A stretch of 64,000 nt of DNA from Candidatus Magasanikiibacteriota bacterium (GCA_041675185.1 JBAYUH010000002.1:1052-65051); one strand, 5' to 3'; positions 29,281 through 40,694 are shown, numbered from the stretch's first letter. Numbers and translations: made by a program. The notes: generated by a model from the letters alone, not told the origin.

Positions 29281-29477
29281 AAGTTTAAAATTAATTTTTT
29301 AATTTATGTTTATTTATCTATAATTTATCATATCTTAAGAAGAAAATCAAGAAAATTTTATATAACTTATAACACCTATCCTATACCAATTTGTTATGAG
29401 TTATGTGATACGAGGTGTATAACAATTACCAAAAACTCCCCGCTTTCACGAGGAGTTTTATTTTACAAAACTTTGAT

Positions 29478-32400
29478 TTATTTTGTAGCAACAGTTTCTT
29501 CTTCAACTTTATTAGCATGCTTTTCTTCCAATTCTGGAATACCAGAAATACCAGTCCCAGCAGATATTAGACGACCGATAATCACATTTTCTTTTAGACC
29601 TTCTAGATAATCTATTTTACCAGTGATAGCGGCTGAAACAAGTACACGAGATGTTTCTTGGAAAGAAGCAGCTGATAAGAAACTTTGAGTGGTAAGAGAA
29701 ATTTTACTAATACCCATAAGCATCTCACGAGCTTTGGCCAATTTGACACCATCTTTTTTGGCTTGTCTGTTGGCAATAATAAGTTGTGATTTTTCTACAA
29801 TTTCGCCAGGAAGCAAATCTGTGTCTCCTGGATCTTCTACGAAGACACGACTAAACATTTGTTTGATAATGATTTCAATATGTTTATCATTCAATCTTTG
29901 ACCTTGTGAAGCATAGATTTCTTGAATTTCAGCAAGTACATATCTCTTGACAGCATCTTGACCTTTTAATTCAAATAATTCTTTTAGATCAATAGCGCCT
30001 TCAGTAAGTTGGTCACCTTTTTCTACTTGTTCACTGTCAGTAACCCACAATTTATAACCTACAGGGATGACATATTCTTTAGTAGTCTTACCATCATAGA
30101 TAAGAACCAAATTATCACCATCTACACGGATAACACCAGGATAAAGAGCTTTCATTTCTTCTCCTGAACCACCACGGATGACGATTTTATCACCTTTTTT
30201 AATTTTTTGACCATCGGCCACTTTGACATCATCTTCTTTGTTGATTTCAAAAATCATTTCTTCTGTACCTTCATGATGTACTTTGACAATTTTTTGTCCA
30301 CGACGTCCTTCAAATATTTTTCTACCAGTTGCACTAGTAATAATTTTACCATCAGCATCTTCAATTTCTATTTTACCAGCGACTTCAGACAAAATAGCTT
30401 TACGTTTTGGATTGCGAGCTTCAAACAATTCTTCTACACGAGGCAAACCTTGTGTAATATCTCCACCACCAGCCACACCACCCAAATGGAAAGTACGCAT
30501 AGTGAGCTGAGTACCAGGTTCACCAATGGATTGGGCAGCAATCACACCAACAGCAGTACCAGTCTTTACAGGTTTACGATTACTAAGATCAAAACCATAA
30601 CATTTGGTACAAACACCCTTTGGCAATTGGCATTGTAAAATAGAACGAACATGAATATTGTCTACTTCTTCTTTTTCAATAGCACGACCTGCTTGTGCAT
30701 CCACCACTTCACCAGCTTTGACAATTATTTTGTTACCTTTTTTGACATCAACCAAGACATAACGACCAAGTACACGTTCTGATAATTTTTCTCCCATTTG
30801 TTTGGATTGTTCTAGAGTAAACAATTCACCTACGGTATCACCACAATCTTCTTCTTTGACTACTACTTCTTGAGCAACATCCACTAGACGACGAGTAAGA
30901 TAACCAGCATTAGCAGTACGAAGCGCCATATCTGACAAACCTTTTCTAGTACCATGAGATGAGATAAAGAATTCCAAAACTCCGAAGCCTTCTTTGAAAT
31001 TTCCTTTTACTGGCAACTCAATAACATCTCCAGAAGGAGAAGCTACAAGACCTTTCATAGCAATAACTTGTCCCAACTGACCCCAACTACCACGAGCACC
31101 AGAATCAATCATAGCAAAGACTGATTTGCCTTGATCCATTACTTCTCTACCCATAGAAACCAATTGTTCTTTGGTTTCAGTCCAAATTTCTAGTACTTTT
31201 CCATGACGTTCAGAATCAGTCAACAAACCTTCAGCATATTGCTCTTCTACCAACACAACTTTCTTGTCAGCTTCAAGCAATATTTCTTTTTTAGCAGGAA
31301 TAGATGGGAAATCACTTTTACCAAGTGAATAACCTGATTTAGTTACATATTTATAACCAAGATCTTTTATTTTATCCAAATGTTCAGCAGTAATTTCTTG
31401 TCCATAAAATTCCAACAAAAGTTGAATGATATTACTCAAATCTTTTTTAGTTACAGTTTGATTATAGTAAGCGATTTTATCTGGAAAAATTTCATTGAAC
31501 AAAATTCTACCAAAACTAGTCGCAACAATCTTTGAAGTGCCTTCTTCAAATTTATTTAAATCATCAAATCTAACTTTGACATTTTCACGAAGACCAATCA
31601 CACCAGTCTTATAAGCATATCTAGCTTCAGTAATACTAGAAAATACTTTAAGTTTTGTTTGATCAGCATCTTCATTTTCTATTTTTGTCATGTAATAACA
31701 ACCAAGAGCAATATCTTGTTGAGGAGTAGTCACTGGAGCACCAGTAGCTGGTTTCAAAAGATTCTTTTCTGAGGCTAACAAATTTTCAGCTTCCCATTTT
31801 GCTTGTTCAGAAAGTGGCAAATGAACAGCCATTTGATCTCCATCAAAGTCAGCATTGAAAGCCGCACAAACAAGAGGGTGAAGACGAATAGCTTTACCTT
31901 CTACCAAAGTAGGACGAAAAGCTTGAATACCAAGTCTGTGCAAAGTAGGAGCACGATTTAGAAGTACACGAGTTTTTTTGGTCAATTCTTCCAAAATATC
32001 CCAAACTTCAGAAGCATTACTTTCGATAAACCTAGAAGCACTACGAACATTGTGTGCAAATTCACGTTTGATAATTTCAGACATAACAAACGGTTTGAAA
32101 AGTTCAAGAGCAATCATTTTTGGCAAGCCACACTCACTAATTTTTAAATTAGGTCCAACTACGATGACAGAACGACCAGAATAGTCAACACGTTTACCAA
32201 GCAAATTTTGACGAAAACGACCCTGTTTACCTTTCAAAATATCAGCTAGAGAACGTAATTGTCGTTTTTGTCCAGTTGAGGCACGAACAGTCTTGGTAGC
32301 ACGAGCATTGTTGTCAATAAGAGCGTCAACTGCTTCTTGTAACATGCGTTTTTCATTACGACAAATGACTTCTGGAGCATTGAGATCAAGAAGACGACGT

Positions 32401-33401
32401 AGACGATTGTTTCTATTGATAACACGACGATACAAATCATTCAAATCAGAAGTAGCAAAACGTCCTCCATCAAGAGCAACCATCGGACGTAAATCTGGTG
32501 GAACTACAGGAAGATTGGTCAAAATCATCCATTCTGGACGAATAGCATTTTTTTGCAAACTCTTCAACAATTTGATACGACGCATGAGACGTTCACGCTT
32601 AGCACCTTTACTTTTTTTGAGCTCAGTCTCTAATCTTTTGCCAGTTTCTTCAAAATCCAATCTTTCTAGCAAACCTCGAATAGCCCCAGCACCAATACCA
32701 GCCTCAAACAAATGACCATAACGCAAAGACAAATTTTGATAACGTGATTCTGAAATAATATTAAGCATTGTAATATCTTTCAATTCTTCTTCAGCATCTG
32801 TGAAATCTTCTTCCAAAGATTCTATTTTTCTATCACGTTCTGTTTCTAATTCGGTAATAACTAGAGGAGTAGCTCCAGCTGATTTGCGAGTAAATTCAGA
32901 TTCAATTTCTTTTTTCTTTGTTTTGTATTCTTTTTTTAGAGAGTCGCCTACTATTTTCTTTTCATTTTCATCAACATGAGTAATGATGAAAGAAGCAAAA
33001 TAAATAACTCTTTCCAAAGCTTGGATAGACAAATCAAGCACTAGACCAACACGTGAAGGAATAGTACGCAAAAACCAAATATGAGAGACAGGTGAAGCCA
33101 GTTCAATGTGACCCATACGTTCACGACGAACAAGTGAATGAGTAACTTCTACTCCACATTTATCGCAAACAATTCCTTTGTAACGAATTTTTTTGTATTT
33201 TCCACAATAACATTCCCAATCTTTAGTTGGTCCAAAAATTTCTTCAGCAAACAGACCACCTTTTTCAGGTTTCTGAGTACGATAGTTGATAGTTTCAGGT
33301 TTGTAAACTTCTCCAAAAGACCAATTACGAATAGTCTCCGGTGAAGCGACTTTGAGACGCAAGGCGTCAAAGTTCATAGAATGAAAGGTATCGCGTGACA
33401 T
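29478..33401 (-). CDS. rpoC: RNA polymerase beta-prime subunit
   Basis: Zn ribbon CYCGK...CDKCGV, catalytic NADFDGD, GEPGTQLTMRTFH. Confidence 0.99.
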   Translation of the reverse strand: MSRDTFHSMNFDALRLKVASPETIRNWSFGEVYKPETINYRTQKPEKGGLFAEEIFGPTKDWECYCGKYKKIRYKGIVCDKCGVEVTHSLVRRERMGHIELASPVSHIWFLRTIPSRVGLVLDLSIQALERVIYFASFIITHVDENEKKIVGDSLKKEYKTKKKEIESEFTRKSAGATPLVITELETERDRKIESLEEDFTDAEEELKDITMLNIISESRYQNLSLRYGHLFEAGIGAGAIRGLLERLDFEETGKRLETELKKSKGAKRERLMRRIKLLKSLQKNAIRPEWMILTNLPVVPPDLRPMVALDGGRFATSDLNDLYRRVINRNNRLRRLLDLNAPEVICRNEKRMLQEAVDALIDNNARATKTVRASTGQKRQLRSLADILKGKQGRFRQNLLGKRVDYSGRSVIVVGPNLKISECGLPKMIALELFKPFVMSEIIKREFAHNVRSASRFIESNASEVWDILEELTKKTRVLLNRAPTLHRLGIQAFRPTLVEGKAIRLHPLVCAAFNADFDGDQMAVHLPLSEQAKWEAENLLASEKNLLKPATGAPVTTPQQDIALGCYYMTKIENEDADQTKLKVFSSITEARYAYKTGVIGLRENVKVRFDDLNKFEEGTSKIVATSFGRILFNEIFPDKIAYYNQTVTKKDLSNIIQLLLEFYGQEITAEHLDKIKDLGYKYVTKSGYSLGKSDFPSIPAKKEILLEADKKVVLVEEQYAEGLLTDSERHGKVLEIWTETKEQLVSMGREVMDQGKSVFAMIDSGARGSWGQLGQVIAMKGLVASPSGDVIELPVKGNFKEGFGVLEFFISSHGTRKGLSDMALRTANAGYLTRRLVDVAQEVVVKEEDCGDTVGELFTLEQSKQMGEKLSERVLGRYVLVDVKKGNKIIVKAGEVVDAQAGRAIEKEEVDNIHVRSILQCQLPKGVCTKCYGFDLSNRKPVKTGTAVGVIAAQSIGEPGTQLTMRTFHLGGVAGGGDITQGLPRVEELFEARNPKRKAILSEVAGKIEIEDADGKIITSATGRKIFEGRRGQKIVKVHHEGTEEMIFEINKEDDVKVADGQKIKKGDKIVIRGGSGEEMKALYPGVIRVDGDNLVLIYDGKTTKEYVIPVGYKLWVTDSEQVEKGDQLTEGAIDLKELFELKGQDAVKRYVLAEIQEIYASQGQRLNDKHIEIIIKQMFSRVFVEDPGDTDLLPGEIVEKSQLIIANRQAKKDGVKLAKAREMLMGISKISLTTQSFLSAASFQETSRVLVSAAITGKIDYLEGLKENVIIGRLISAGTGISGIPELEEKHANKVEEETVATK

Positions 33402-33448
33402 AAAATTTTGTTAGATTTAAGTTTTTTAAGTTAAAAAAGATTATTATT

Positions 33449-36400
33449 TTATTCTGTATCTCTTTCTCTTCCTACCATATTATTATTTATATCAGCAAAT
33501 TTGTATTCTTTTTCTTTTTTGTTTGTTTCTTGCACTTCTATATATTCATCATTGTCATTTTTCTTTAATAACTCTACATCCAAACACAAACCTTTCATTT
33601 CACGTACCAAAACATTGAATGATTCTGGCAAGTTTACTTTGGTAATAGGTTCACCTTTGATAATAGCTTCATAAGCTTTTGATCTACCAGGGACATCATC
33701 AGATTTGATAGTCAAAATTTCTTGCAAACTATAAGCAGCGCCATAAGCTTGCAAAGCCCAAACTTCCATTTCTCCAAAACGTTGTCCACCGAATTGTGCT
33801 TTACCTCCCAATGGTTGTTGGGTGATGAGACTATAAGGACCAATAGAACGTTGGTGAATTTTATCTTCGACCATGTGGTTCAATTTGAGCATGTAGTTGT
33901 AACCAACAGTAGTCTTATTATCATAAGGTTCACCAGTACGACCATCGTAAAGTTGTAATTGTCCATCTAGTGGGAAACCAGCTTCAGTAAGTTCATCTTC
34001 AATTTGTTTTTCTGTAATACCATTCAACACTGGAGTAGCAACTTTGTGACCAAGAGCATTGGCAGCAAGACCAAGATGAGTTTCTAACAATTGTCCTAAA
34101 TTCATACGAGAAACCACACCAAGTGGAGACAAAATAATATCTACAGGAGTACCATCTTCCAAGAAAGGCATATCACCTGCTGGCACCACACGAGAGATAA
34201 CACCTTTGTTACCATGACGACCAGCCATTTTATCACCGACTTGAATTTTTCTCATATCAGCAACAGTGATTTGTACTTGTTTGATAACACCAGGTTGTAG
34301 TTTGTCACCTTGTTCTGTAGAAAATATTTTGACATCAATTACTTTTCCTTGTTCACCATGTTCTAGATAAAGTGAAGAATCACGAACATCACGAGCTTTT
34401 TCACCAAAGATAGCACGAAGCAATCTTTCTTCTGGGGTAAGTTCTGTTTCACCTTTTGGAGTAATTTTGCCAACAAGAATATCACCTGAACGAACTTCAG
34501 CGCCAATACGTACGATACCTTCAGAATCTAAATGGCGTAACTTCTCTTCACTAACATTTGGAATATCTGAGGTAATTACTTCTTCACCAAGTTTTGTCTC
34601 ACGAACATTGATAGTATAATCTTCAATATGAATAGAAGTATAACGATCATCACGAACCAATCTTTCAGAAACAATAATAGCATCTTCATAGTTGAAACCT
34701 TCCCAAACCATATAAGCTACCAACACATTTTGTCCCAAAGAAAGTTCAGCATCTTTGATAGCTGGACCATCAGACATTGGATCACCTTTTTTCAATTTTT
34801 GACCAAGGCTAACTGTTGGACGTTGATTAATACTACTTGAAGCATTTGATCTAATATATTTTGACAAACTGTAAGTAGTCACTTTTCCTTTGGTATCAGT
34901 AAATTCAATTTTACCACCATCTACAAAAGTCACTTCACCATTGGCTGGAGCAGTAAAAACATAACCACTATTTAGAGCAGCAATACGTTCAACACCTGTA
35001 CCAACCAAAGGAGGCTCTGGCTTGATACAAGGTACAGCTTGACGTTGCATGTTGGTACCCATAAGAGCACGAGTAGCATCATCATGTTCCAAAAATGGAA
35101 TAAGACTAGTAGCTACTGACAAAATTTGATTTGAAGCTACATCAATATAAGCAACTTTGTCTGAATCAATAAGTTGAGGTTCACCATTTACACGAGAAGA
35201 AATTCTATCTTCAAGGAAATATCCATCTTTATCCATTGGAGTAGTGGCACTAGAAGTAATTGTTCTTTCTTCTTGAAAAGAATTGAGGTAGACAACTTCA
35301 CTAGAAACACGAGGTTTTACTTTTATTTCTGTAAGACCTTTTTCTTTTTCCAATTTCTTAGCAATAGTACTGTCAATTTTTTCACCAACTTTGACAATAC
35401 CTTTCACTTCCATATTAGAAATTTCACCTTCAGTAAAACTGGCTTCATTTTTGACAACACTAATAACTTTTTTGTAAGGAGTTTCCAAGAAACCAAATTT
35501 ATTTATTTTTGCAAAAGTGGACAAATGTCCGACTAGACCAATGTTTGGTCCTTCAGGAGTAGCAATCGGACAAATACGACCATAATGAGTTCTATGCACA
35601 TCACGAACTTCGAAACCAGCTCGATCACGAGACAAACCACCAGGTCCAAGAGCAGAAATACGACGTTTGTGTTCAAGTTCTGCAAGAGGATTGATCTGAT
35701 CCATGAATTGAGAAAGCTGTGAACTCATAAAAAATTCACGAATGACAGAAATGACAGGACGAGCATTGATCAATTTGTTTGGTACAATAGTGTCAATATC
35801 CATAGTACTCATACGATCACGAATAATACGTTCCATACGAGCAAGACCAATACGAAAACGATTTTGGACAAGTTCACCAACACCACGAACACGACGATTT
35901 CCTAAATGATCAATATCATCAGCTTCTTCTTGGGTCACATTTAGACGAATAATTTCACGCAAAACTTTTACCAATTTATCTTTTGACAAAACTCTTTTTT
36001 CTTTGTCATCATAATCTTCTTTGGTAAGACCCAAATTGAATTTTATATCAAATTTGTAAACACCAACTTTGCCAAGATCATAGCGATCAAAGTTGAAAAA
36101 CATAGCGTGAATAAGACTCTTTGCATTGTCAGCAGTAGCCAAATCACCTGGACGAATACGTCTGTATACTTCTATCAAACCTTCATCTTCATTGGTAGCA
36201 GCATCTTTTTTCAAAGTGTTTTCAATGTAATCAATATTTGGGTGATTATTTACATCAGTAAATAATTCTTTTATTTCTTCATCAGTAGAAAACCCAAAAG
36301 CACGCAAAAGTGAAGTTGCAGCTACTTTACGTTTTCTGTCTACTTTGATCCAAAGTACGTTATTTTGATCAGTTTCAATTTCTACCCAAGCACCACGATT

Positions 36401-36895
36401 TGGGATAATTTTTGCTCCATAAAAACGACGACCACGACTCAATTCAGCTGTAAAAAAAGCACCAGCACTACGAATAAGTTGAGTAACCACTACTCTTTCA
36501 ATACCATTGACAATAAAAGTGCCTCTATCAGTCATGAGTGGCATGTCACCTAGATAAATTTCTTGTTTTTCAGTTTTATTTGTACGTTTGTTGGTTAGAC
36601 GAACATTGACACGAAGTGGTGCCTCAAAAGTAATATTCTTTTTGATACAAGTCACTTGGTCAAATTTTGGTTCATCAATATAATAATCTTCAAAATAAAT
36701 TTCCAAATCACGACCAGTGAAGTCAGTAATTGGTGATAATTCATCAAAAAGTTCTCTTAAACCTTCTTCAAAAAACCAATTGTAAGAAGATTTTTGGATT
36801 TCTATCAAATCCGGTGCTTCGACCGCATCGCGAAGGGATGTAAAGAACTTGCGTTCCAAGGTCTTAAGCGGTTGACGTTTGTATAATGGAGCCAT
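33449..36895 (-). CDS. rpoB: RNA polymerase beta subunit
   Basis: SQFMDQ, HYGRICPIATPEG, GDKMAGRHGNKG, GGQRFGEME. Confidence 0.99.
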   Translation of the reverse strand: MAPLYKRQPLKTLERKFFTSLRDAVEAPDLIEIQKSSYNWFFEEGLRELFDELSPITDFTGRDLEIYFEDYYIDEPKFDQVTCIKKNITFEAPLRVNVRLTNKRTNKTEKQEIYLGDMPLMTDRGTFIVNGIERVVVTQLIRSAGAFFTAELSRGRRFYGAKIIPNRGAWVEIETDQNNVLWIKVDRKRKVAATSLLRAFGFSTDEEIKELFTDVNNHPNIDYIENTLKKDAATNEDEGLIEVYRRIRPGDLATADNAKSLIHAMFFNFDRYDLGKVGVYKFDIKFNLGLTKEDYDDKEKRVLSKDKLVKVLREIIRLNVTQEEADDIDHLGNRRVRGVGELVQNRFRIGLARMERIIRDRMSTMDIDTIVPNKLINARPVISVIREFFMSSQLSQFMDQINPLAELEHKRRISALGPGGLSRDRAGFEVRDVHRTHYGRICPIATPEGPNIGLVGHLSTFAKINKFGFLETPYKKVISVVKNEASFTEGEISNMEVKGIVKVGEKIDSTIAKKLEKEKGLTEIKVKPRVSSEVVYLNSFQEERTITSSATTPMDKDGYFLEDRISSRVNGEPQLIDSDKVAYIDVASNQILSVATSLIPFLEHDDATRALMGTNMQRQAVPCIKPEPPLVGTGVERIAALNSGYVFTAPANGEVTFVDGGKIEFTDTKGKVTTYSLSKYIRSNASSSINQRPTVSLGQKLKKGDPMSDGPAIKDAELSLGQNVLVAYMVWEGFNYEDAIIVSERLVRDDRYTSIHIEDYTINVRETKLGEEVITSDIPNVSEEKLRHLDSEGIVRIGAEVRSGDILVGKITPKGETELTPEERLLRAIFGEKARDVRDSSLYLEHGEQGKVIDVKIFSTEQGDKLQPGVIKQVQITVADMRKIQVGDKMAGRHGNKGVISRVVPAGDMPFLEDGTPVDIILSPLGVVSRMNLGQLLETHLGLAANALGHKVATPVLNGITEKQIEDELTEAGFPLDGQLQLYDGRTGEPYDNKTTVGYNYMLKLNHMVEDKIHQRSIGPYSLITQQPLGGKAQFGGQRFGEMEVWALQAYGAAYSLQEILTIKSDDVPGRSKAYEAIIKGEPITKVNLPESFNVLVREMKGLCLDVELLKKNDNDEYIEVQETNKKEKEYKFADINNNMVGRERDTE

Positions 36896-37322
36896 AAATA
36901 TTTTTATTTATGTAAATAACTTCAAGTTGTTAAACTACCCGCTATTTCCTACAAAAGATTAGTCACAATCTTCCAATAGTTTGTCACGTCTAGTTTATTA
37001 ACTAATTTTAGTAATCAAATTTTGATTATTTAATTAGTCAACAAAGCTAAATTATAAATAAAATTTTATTTTTTAAAATAAATAATTTTATGGCTCACTA
37101 CAGCAACAAAAAAATTCCTTTATTTGAAAAAGGGATTAATTTTTTGATTATTTGTGACAGAAAGCTTGTTGAGCCATGTTGATCCGGATAGTCCGTCCCC
37201 TGCGTGGACGCTAATATAGGGGCGATAATACCAGAATTTGGGCTAAATATAGCAAATTTTGCGCAAATTCAACGAAGTTTTGATAATGTGTTTAGAATAC
37301 ATCAAAAATGAACTCTTGTCAA
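36896..37322 (-). promoter_or_regulatory. rpoB promoter and about 390-nt structured leader
   Basis: TTGACA-17-TATTCT at about 37322-37294; helices ATGGCTCA/TGAGCCAT, CCCCT/AGGGG, GTCC/GGAC. Confidence 0.55.
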
Positions 37323-37332
37323 ACAGAGAACA

Positions 37333-37435
37333 GGTGGATAAGTATTTGTCAAGAAAAGGCTTTTTTGGCTTATACTAGCAAAAATATAAAATTAACCTCA
37401 AAAAGTACTATAAGTTAACCACAGATTTATCCACA
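37333..37435. promoter_or_regulatory. Cluster of DnaA-box-like 9-mers
   Basis: TTATCCACA at 37427-37435, TTAACCACA at 37415-37423, GGTGGATAA at 37333-37341. Confidence 0.5.
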
Positions 37436-37612
37436 AAATAATACCTTAAATAAAGCAAGAACAAGTAAATTTGTCAAGAAGTAAAAACAGGCAATAAACC
37501 TAGATAAAATACAATAAACAATCATATTGTGTGAAATTTGTTTATTAATTATTCAAAAATAACTTCAGACTTCGACTTCATTACAAAACTGTGCTATAAT
37601 GTTTGCACAAGT

Positions 37613-40084
37613 ATGGACAAAAGAAAAAAGAAAAAACATTCTCGTCTAGACCCTACATTATCACGCGGTATTATAGCCGTGCTTTTGACTGTGTTTGCGA
37701 TTATTATTATCCTTAGTTTTTTTAATAAAGCAGGTTTTGTAGGTATTATGCTCAACGATTATATCTTGAGTTTTCTTTTTGGTTCTATTAGATATTTTAC
37801 ACCAATTATAATATTGATACTTTCTTGGTTTTTGATAAGAGATATTAAATACAATTATCGACCAACCCATTTGATTGGTTCTCTTATCTTTTTCTTATCA
37901 CTATCAAGTATCATGCATCTCAATTTCACTACCTCTGATATGTGGCAAGAAGCTCTTAGTGGACATGGTGGTGGAATATTTGGGATGTTGGCTTGGCCAA
38001 TGAAACAATATTTAGGTATTATTGCTAGCTATGTTATCTTAGTTGGTGTGGTAATTATTTCTGTTTTCTTAATTTTCAATACCACTCTTACATCCTTTGT
38101 TATTATCCACCAAAAAATATTTGAAGGTTTAGGTTGGATTGGTAGAAGTGTTTTATTTATTATCAAAAAATTATTTGTACCAAATCCAAACAAATCAAAT
38201 GTAAAAATCAAAGGCGATTATGAAGAAGAAGAAAATTATACTGATACTGATGATGACAATGTATTAGAAGATGATGAAGAAGAAACAGAAAAACATGGCC
38301 GTCGTTTCCTCAGTAAAAAAATTCAAATACAAGAAGAAGATCTAGCCGAAGAAAAAGATAAAAAAGAAATTCCAAAATTTAAAGAAAAGGAAGAAAAGAA
38401 AAAAGATGATGTCTGGTCAAAACGTGTCATTATCAAAAATCTACCACCCCTAGAATTATTAACAACCAAAAAAGGCAAGCCAACAAGTGGCGATATCAAA
38501 TCCAATGCTGAAATAATTCGTAGCACTCTCAATGAATTCAATGTTGGTGTAGCCATGGGAGAAGTACGTGTCGGACCAACAGTCACTCAATATTCTCTAA
38601 AACCTGACAAAGGAGTCAAGCTTACCAAAATTACTACCCTATCCAATGACTTGGCTTTGGCTCTAGCTGCTCACCCAATTCGTATTGAAGCACCCATACC
38701 AGGACAATCTCTAGTAGGTATTGAAGTGCCAAACCAAAAAACTGCCATTGTCTCTCTGCGAGAATTATTAGAATCAAAAGAATTCACCACACGTAATCAC
38801 AACCTAATGATTGCTCTTGGCAAAGATGTTGGTGGCAAAGTTTGGTTTGCGGATTTACCAAAAATGCCTCATTTATTGATTGCTGGTGCTACTGGCAGTG
38901 GAAAGACTGTTTGTATGAATACTATTATCATGAGTTTGCTTTATCAAAACACTGCAGAAACTCTACGTATGATAATGGTCGATCCAAAAAGAGTAGAGCT
39001 CACACTTTACAACGGCATTCCCCATCTTTTGACACCAGTCATCACCAATACCCAACAAACTGTCAATGCTCTCAAATGGTGTATTGGTGAAATGGATAGA
39101 AGATTTGAGATGTTATCAAAAGTTGGCAACCGTGATATTACTTCCTACAACGAAGCTTTCAAAGCCAACAAAATGCCTCACATTGTTTTCATTATTGATG
39201 AACTTGCCGACCTGATGGCAACTGCAGCTGGTGAAGTAGAAGCTGGAATTATCCGCCTAGCCCAAATGGCTCGTGCTGTAGGTATTCATCTAATAGTTGC
39301 AACTCAAAGACCAAGTGTGGATGTCATTACTGGTCTGATGAAAGCCAATATTCCAGCTCGTATTGCTTTTTCAGTAGCTTCACTTGTTGACTCCAGAACT
39401 ATTCTGGATTGCAGTGGTGCTGAAAAACTTATTGGTCGTGGTGACATGCTTTTTCAAACAGCTGAATTAGGAAAACCTGTTCGTATTCAAGGTTCTTATA
39501 TTTCTGAATCTGAAATGAAAAGTGTAGTCAAGTATCTCAAAGGAGATGATGAACCAGAATATGATAACTCTATTGTTGAAAGCAAAAAAAATAATGGAGG
39601 TACTGTAAATATGTTTGGTGGAGTTTCTGATGATCAAGATCCGCTCTTCGAAGAATGTAAAGATCTAATAATAAAATATGAAAAAGCTAGTGCTTCCTTT
39701 CTCCAACGTCGCCTCAAAATTGGTTATGCCAGAGCTGCTAGAATTCTTGATGAATTAGAAGAGGCTGGAATTATTGGCCCTTCCAATGGTGCCAAAGCTC
39801 GTGAAATCTTAGCCACAGCCGAGACAGCTGGTCGTACGATGAATGCTGGTGGCGAACACAATGTTTTTTCTGAACCAGAAAAAGATGAGTCCTCCTTCGC
39901 TGAAGCTTCGGTGGATGAAGAAGAAATAGAAACACCTGAAGAGACAGAAGATCAATATGCTAATGTAGATATGGATGAAGAGGAAGAAAGTACTGATGAC
40001 GAAGAAGAATATGACGAAACAAAAACTGAAGATGAAATAGACGATGACCATACACATGACAAACGATCAAATTTTGAGTATTAG
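37613..40084 (+). CDS. ftsK: DNA translocase FtsK/SpoIIIE
   Basis: N-terminal TM domain, PHLLIAGATGSGKT, IIDELADL, ATQRPSVDV, gamma domain SASFLQRRLKIGYARAAR; start MDKRK just after TGCTATAAT. Confidence 0.97.
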   Translation: MDKRKKKKHSRLDPTLSRGIIAVLLTVFAIIIILSFFNKAGFVGIMLNDYILSFLFGSIRYFTPIIILILSWFLIRDIKYNYRPTHLIGSLIFFLSLSSIMHLNFTTSDMWQEALSGHGGGIFGMLAWPMKQYLGIIASYVILVGVVIISVFLIFNTTLTSFVIIHQKIFEGLGWIGRSVLFIIKKLFVPNPNKSNVKIKGDYEEEENYTDTDDDNVLEDDEEETEKHGRRFLSKKIQIQEEDLAEEKDKKEIPKFKEKEEKKKDDVWSKRVIIKNLPPLELLTTKKGKPTSGDIKSNAEIIRSTLNEFNVGVAMGEVRVGPTVTQYSLKPDKGVKLTKITTLSNDLALALAAHPIRIEAPIPGQSLVGIEVPNQKTAIVSLRELLESKEFTTRNHNLMIALGKDVGGKVWFADLPKMPHLLIAGATGSGKTVCMNTIIMSLLYQNTAETLRMIMVDPKRVELTLYNGIPHLLTPVITNTQQTVNALKWCIGEMDRRFEMLSKVGNRDITSYNEAFKANKMPHIVFIIDELADLMATAAGEVEAGIIRLAQMARAVGIHLIVATQRPSVDVITGLMKANIPARIAFSVASLVDSRTILDCSGAEKLIGRGDMLFQTAELGKPVRIQGSYISESEMKSVVKYLKGDDEPEYDNSIVESKKNNGGTVNMFGGVSDDQDPLFEECKDLIIKYEKASASFLQRRLKIGYARAARILDELEEAGIIGPSNGAKAREILATAETAGRTMNAGGEHNVFSEPEKDESSFAEASVDEEEIETPEETEDQYANVDMDEEEESTDDEEEYDETKTEDEIDDDHTHDKRSNFEY

Positions 40085-40241
40085 AGTTTGTGAAATTTCT
40101 AATATGGCAATAATTTGTTTTCATAAATTATTTGTGATTACACGTTAACAAAATTGTATCATTGCACCACATCACACATACGTGAACGTTATACGCCATT
40201 GAGTTTTGGTGTATATTTAATCTAAGTTTTAACCAATTAAT

Positions 40242-40694
40242 ATGGAAACAAGTAAATCAAAAATTTTCGCTCAATTTGTTGCAGGCATTTTCGGTGGCAC
40301 AATTTTGGGCATCACAGGACTTCTAACTATGATGAACTATGGCGGGAATCATGGCTGTTGGGCATTTATTGATTATCTCTTCGGTACAGCAGGATATGAA
40401 TCCTGTGGATCATTTGGATCAATTGCTGGAATTATCATCGGCACAATTCTTGGTATAACAGTCATCAGCAAGGTAAAAATTTCAAATTATTCTAAGGTCG
40501 CTATTTACTTACTCTTCGGTGCATTCATTCTACCATTTATATACGGAGTCATTATGTTTTGGCCACCATTTGAGGATGGCGATCTTCTCATTGTACCACC
40601 TGCAATTCTTGGATTTATAATCGCTTCAATAATTCCGTCAGTGATTATTACTGGGGCAATAAATTGGCGAAAATTTTTAGGAAGGAATAAATAA
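40242..40694 (+). CDS. Hypothetical four-TM membrane protein (cassette-like)
   Basis: Gly-rich hydrophobic helices; flanked by a 14-bp inverted repeat. Confidence 0.7.
   Translation: METSKSKIFAQFVAGIFGGTILGITGLLTMMNYGGNHGCWAFIDYLFGTAGYESCGSFGSIAGIIIGTILGITVISKVKISNYSKVAIYLLFGAFILPFIYGVIMFWPPFEDGDLLIVPPAILGFIIASIIPSVIITGAINWRKFLGRNK

Noticed and set aside
29689-36553. Antisense ORFs inside rpoC and rpoB (and similar ones in gap, gyrA, rpsA)
   Set aside because: Shadow ORFs produced by codon bias of conserved genes; no independent signals
36896-37612. Replication origin
   Set aside because: Only three DnaA-like boxes, no dnaA or dnaN nearby, and no strand-composition switch evident by eye; kept only as a regulatory candidate
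37538-37612. N-terminal extension of FtsK
   Set aside because: TTG start upstream of a TGnTATAAT promoter; ATG 37613 fits better
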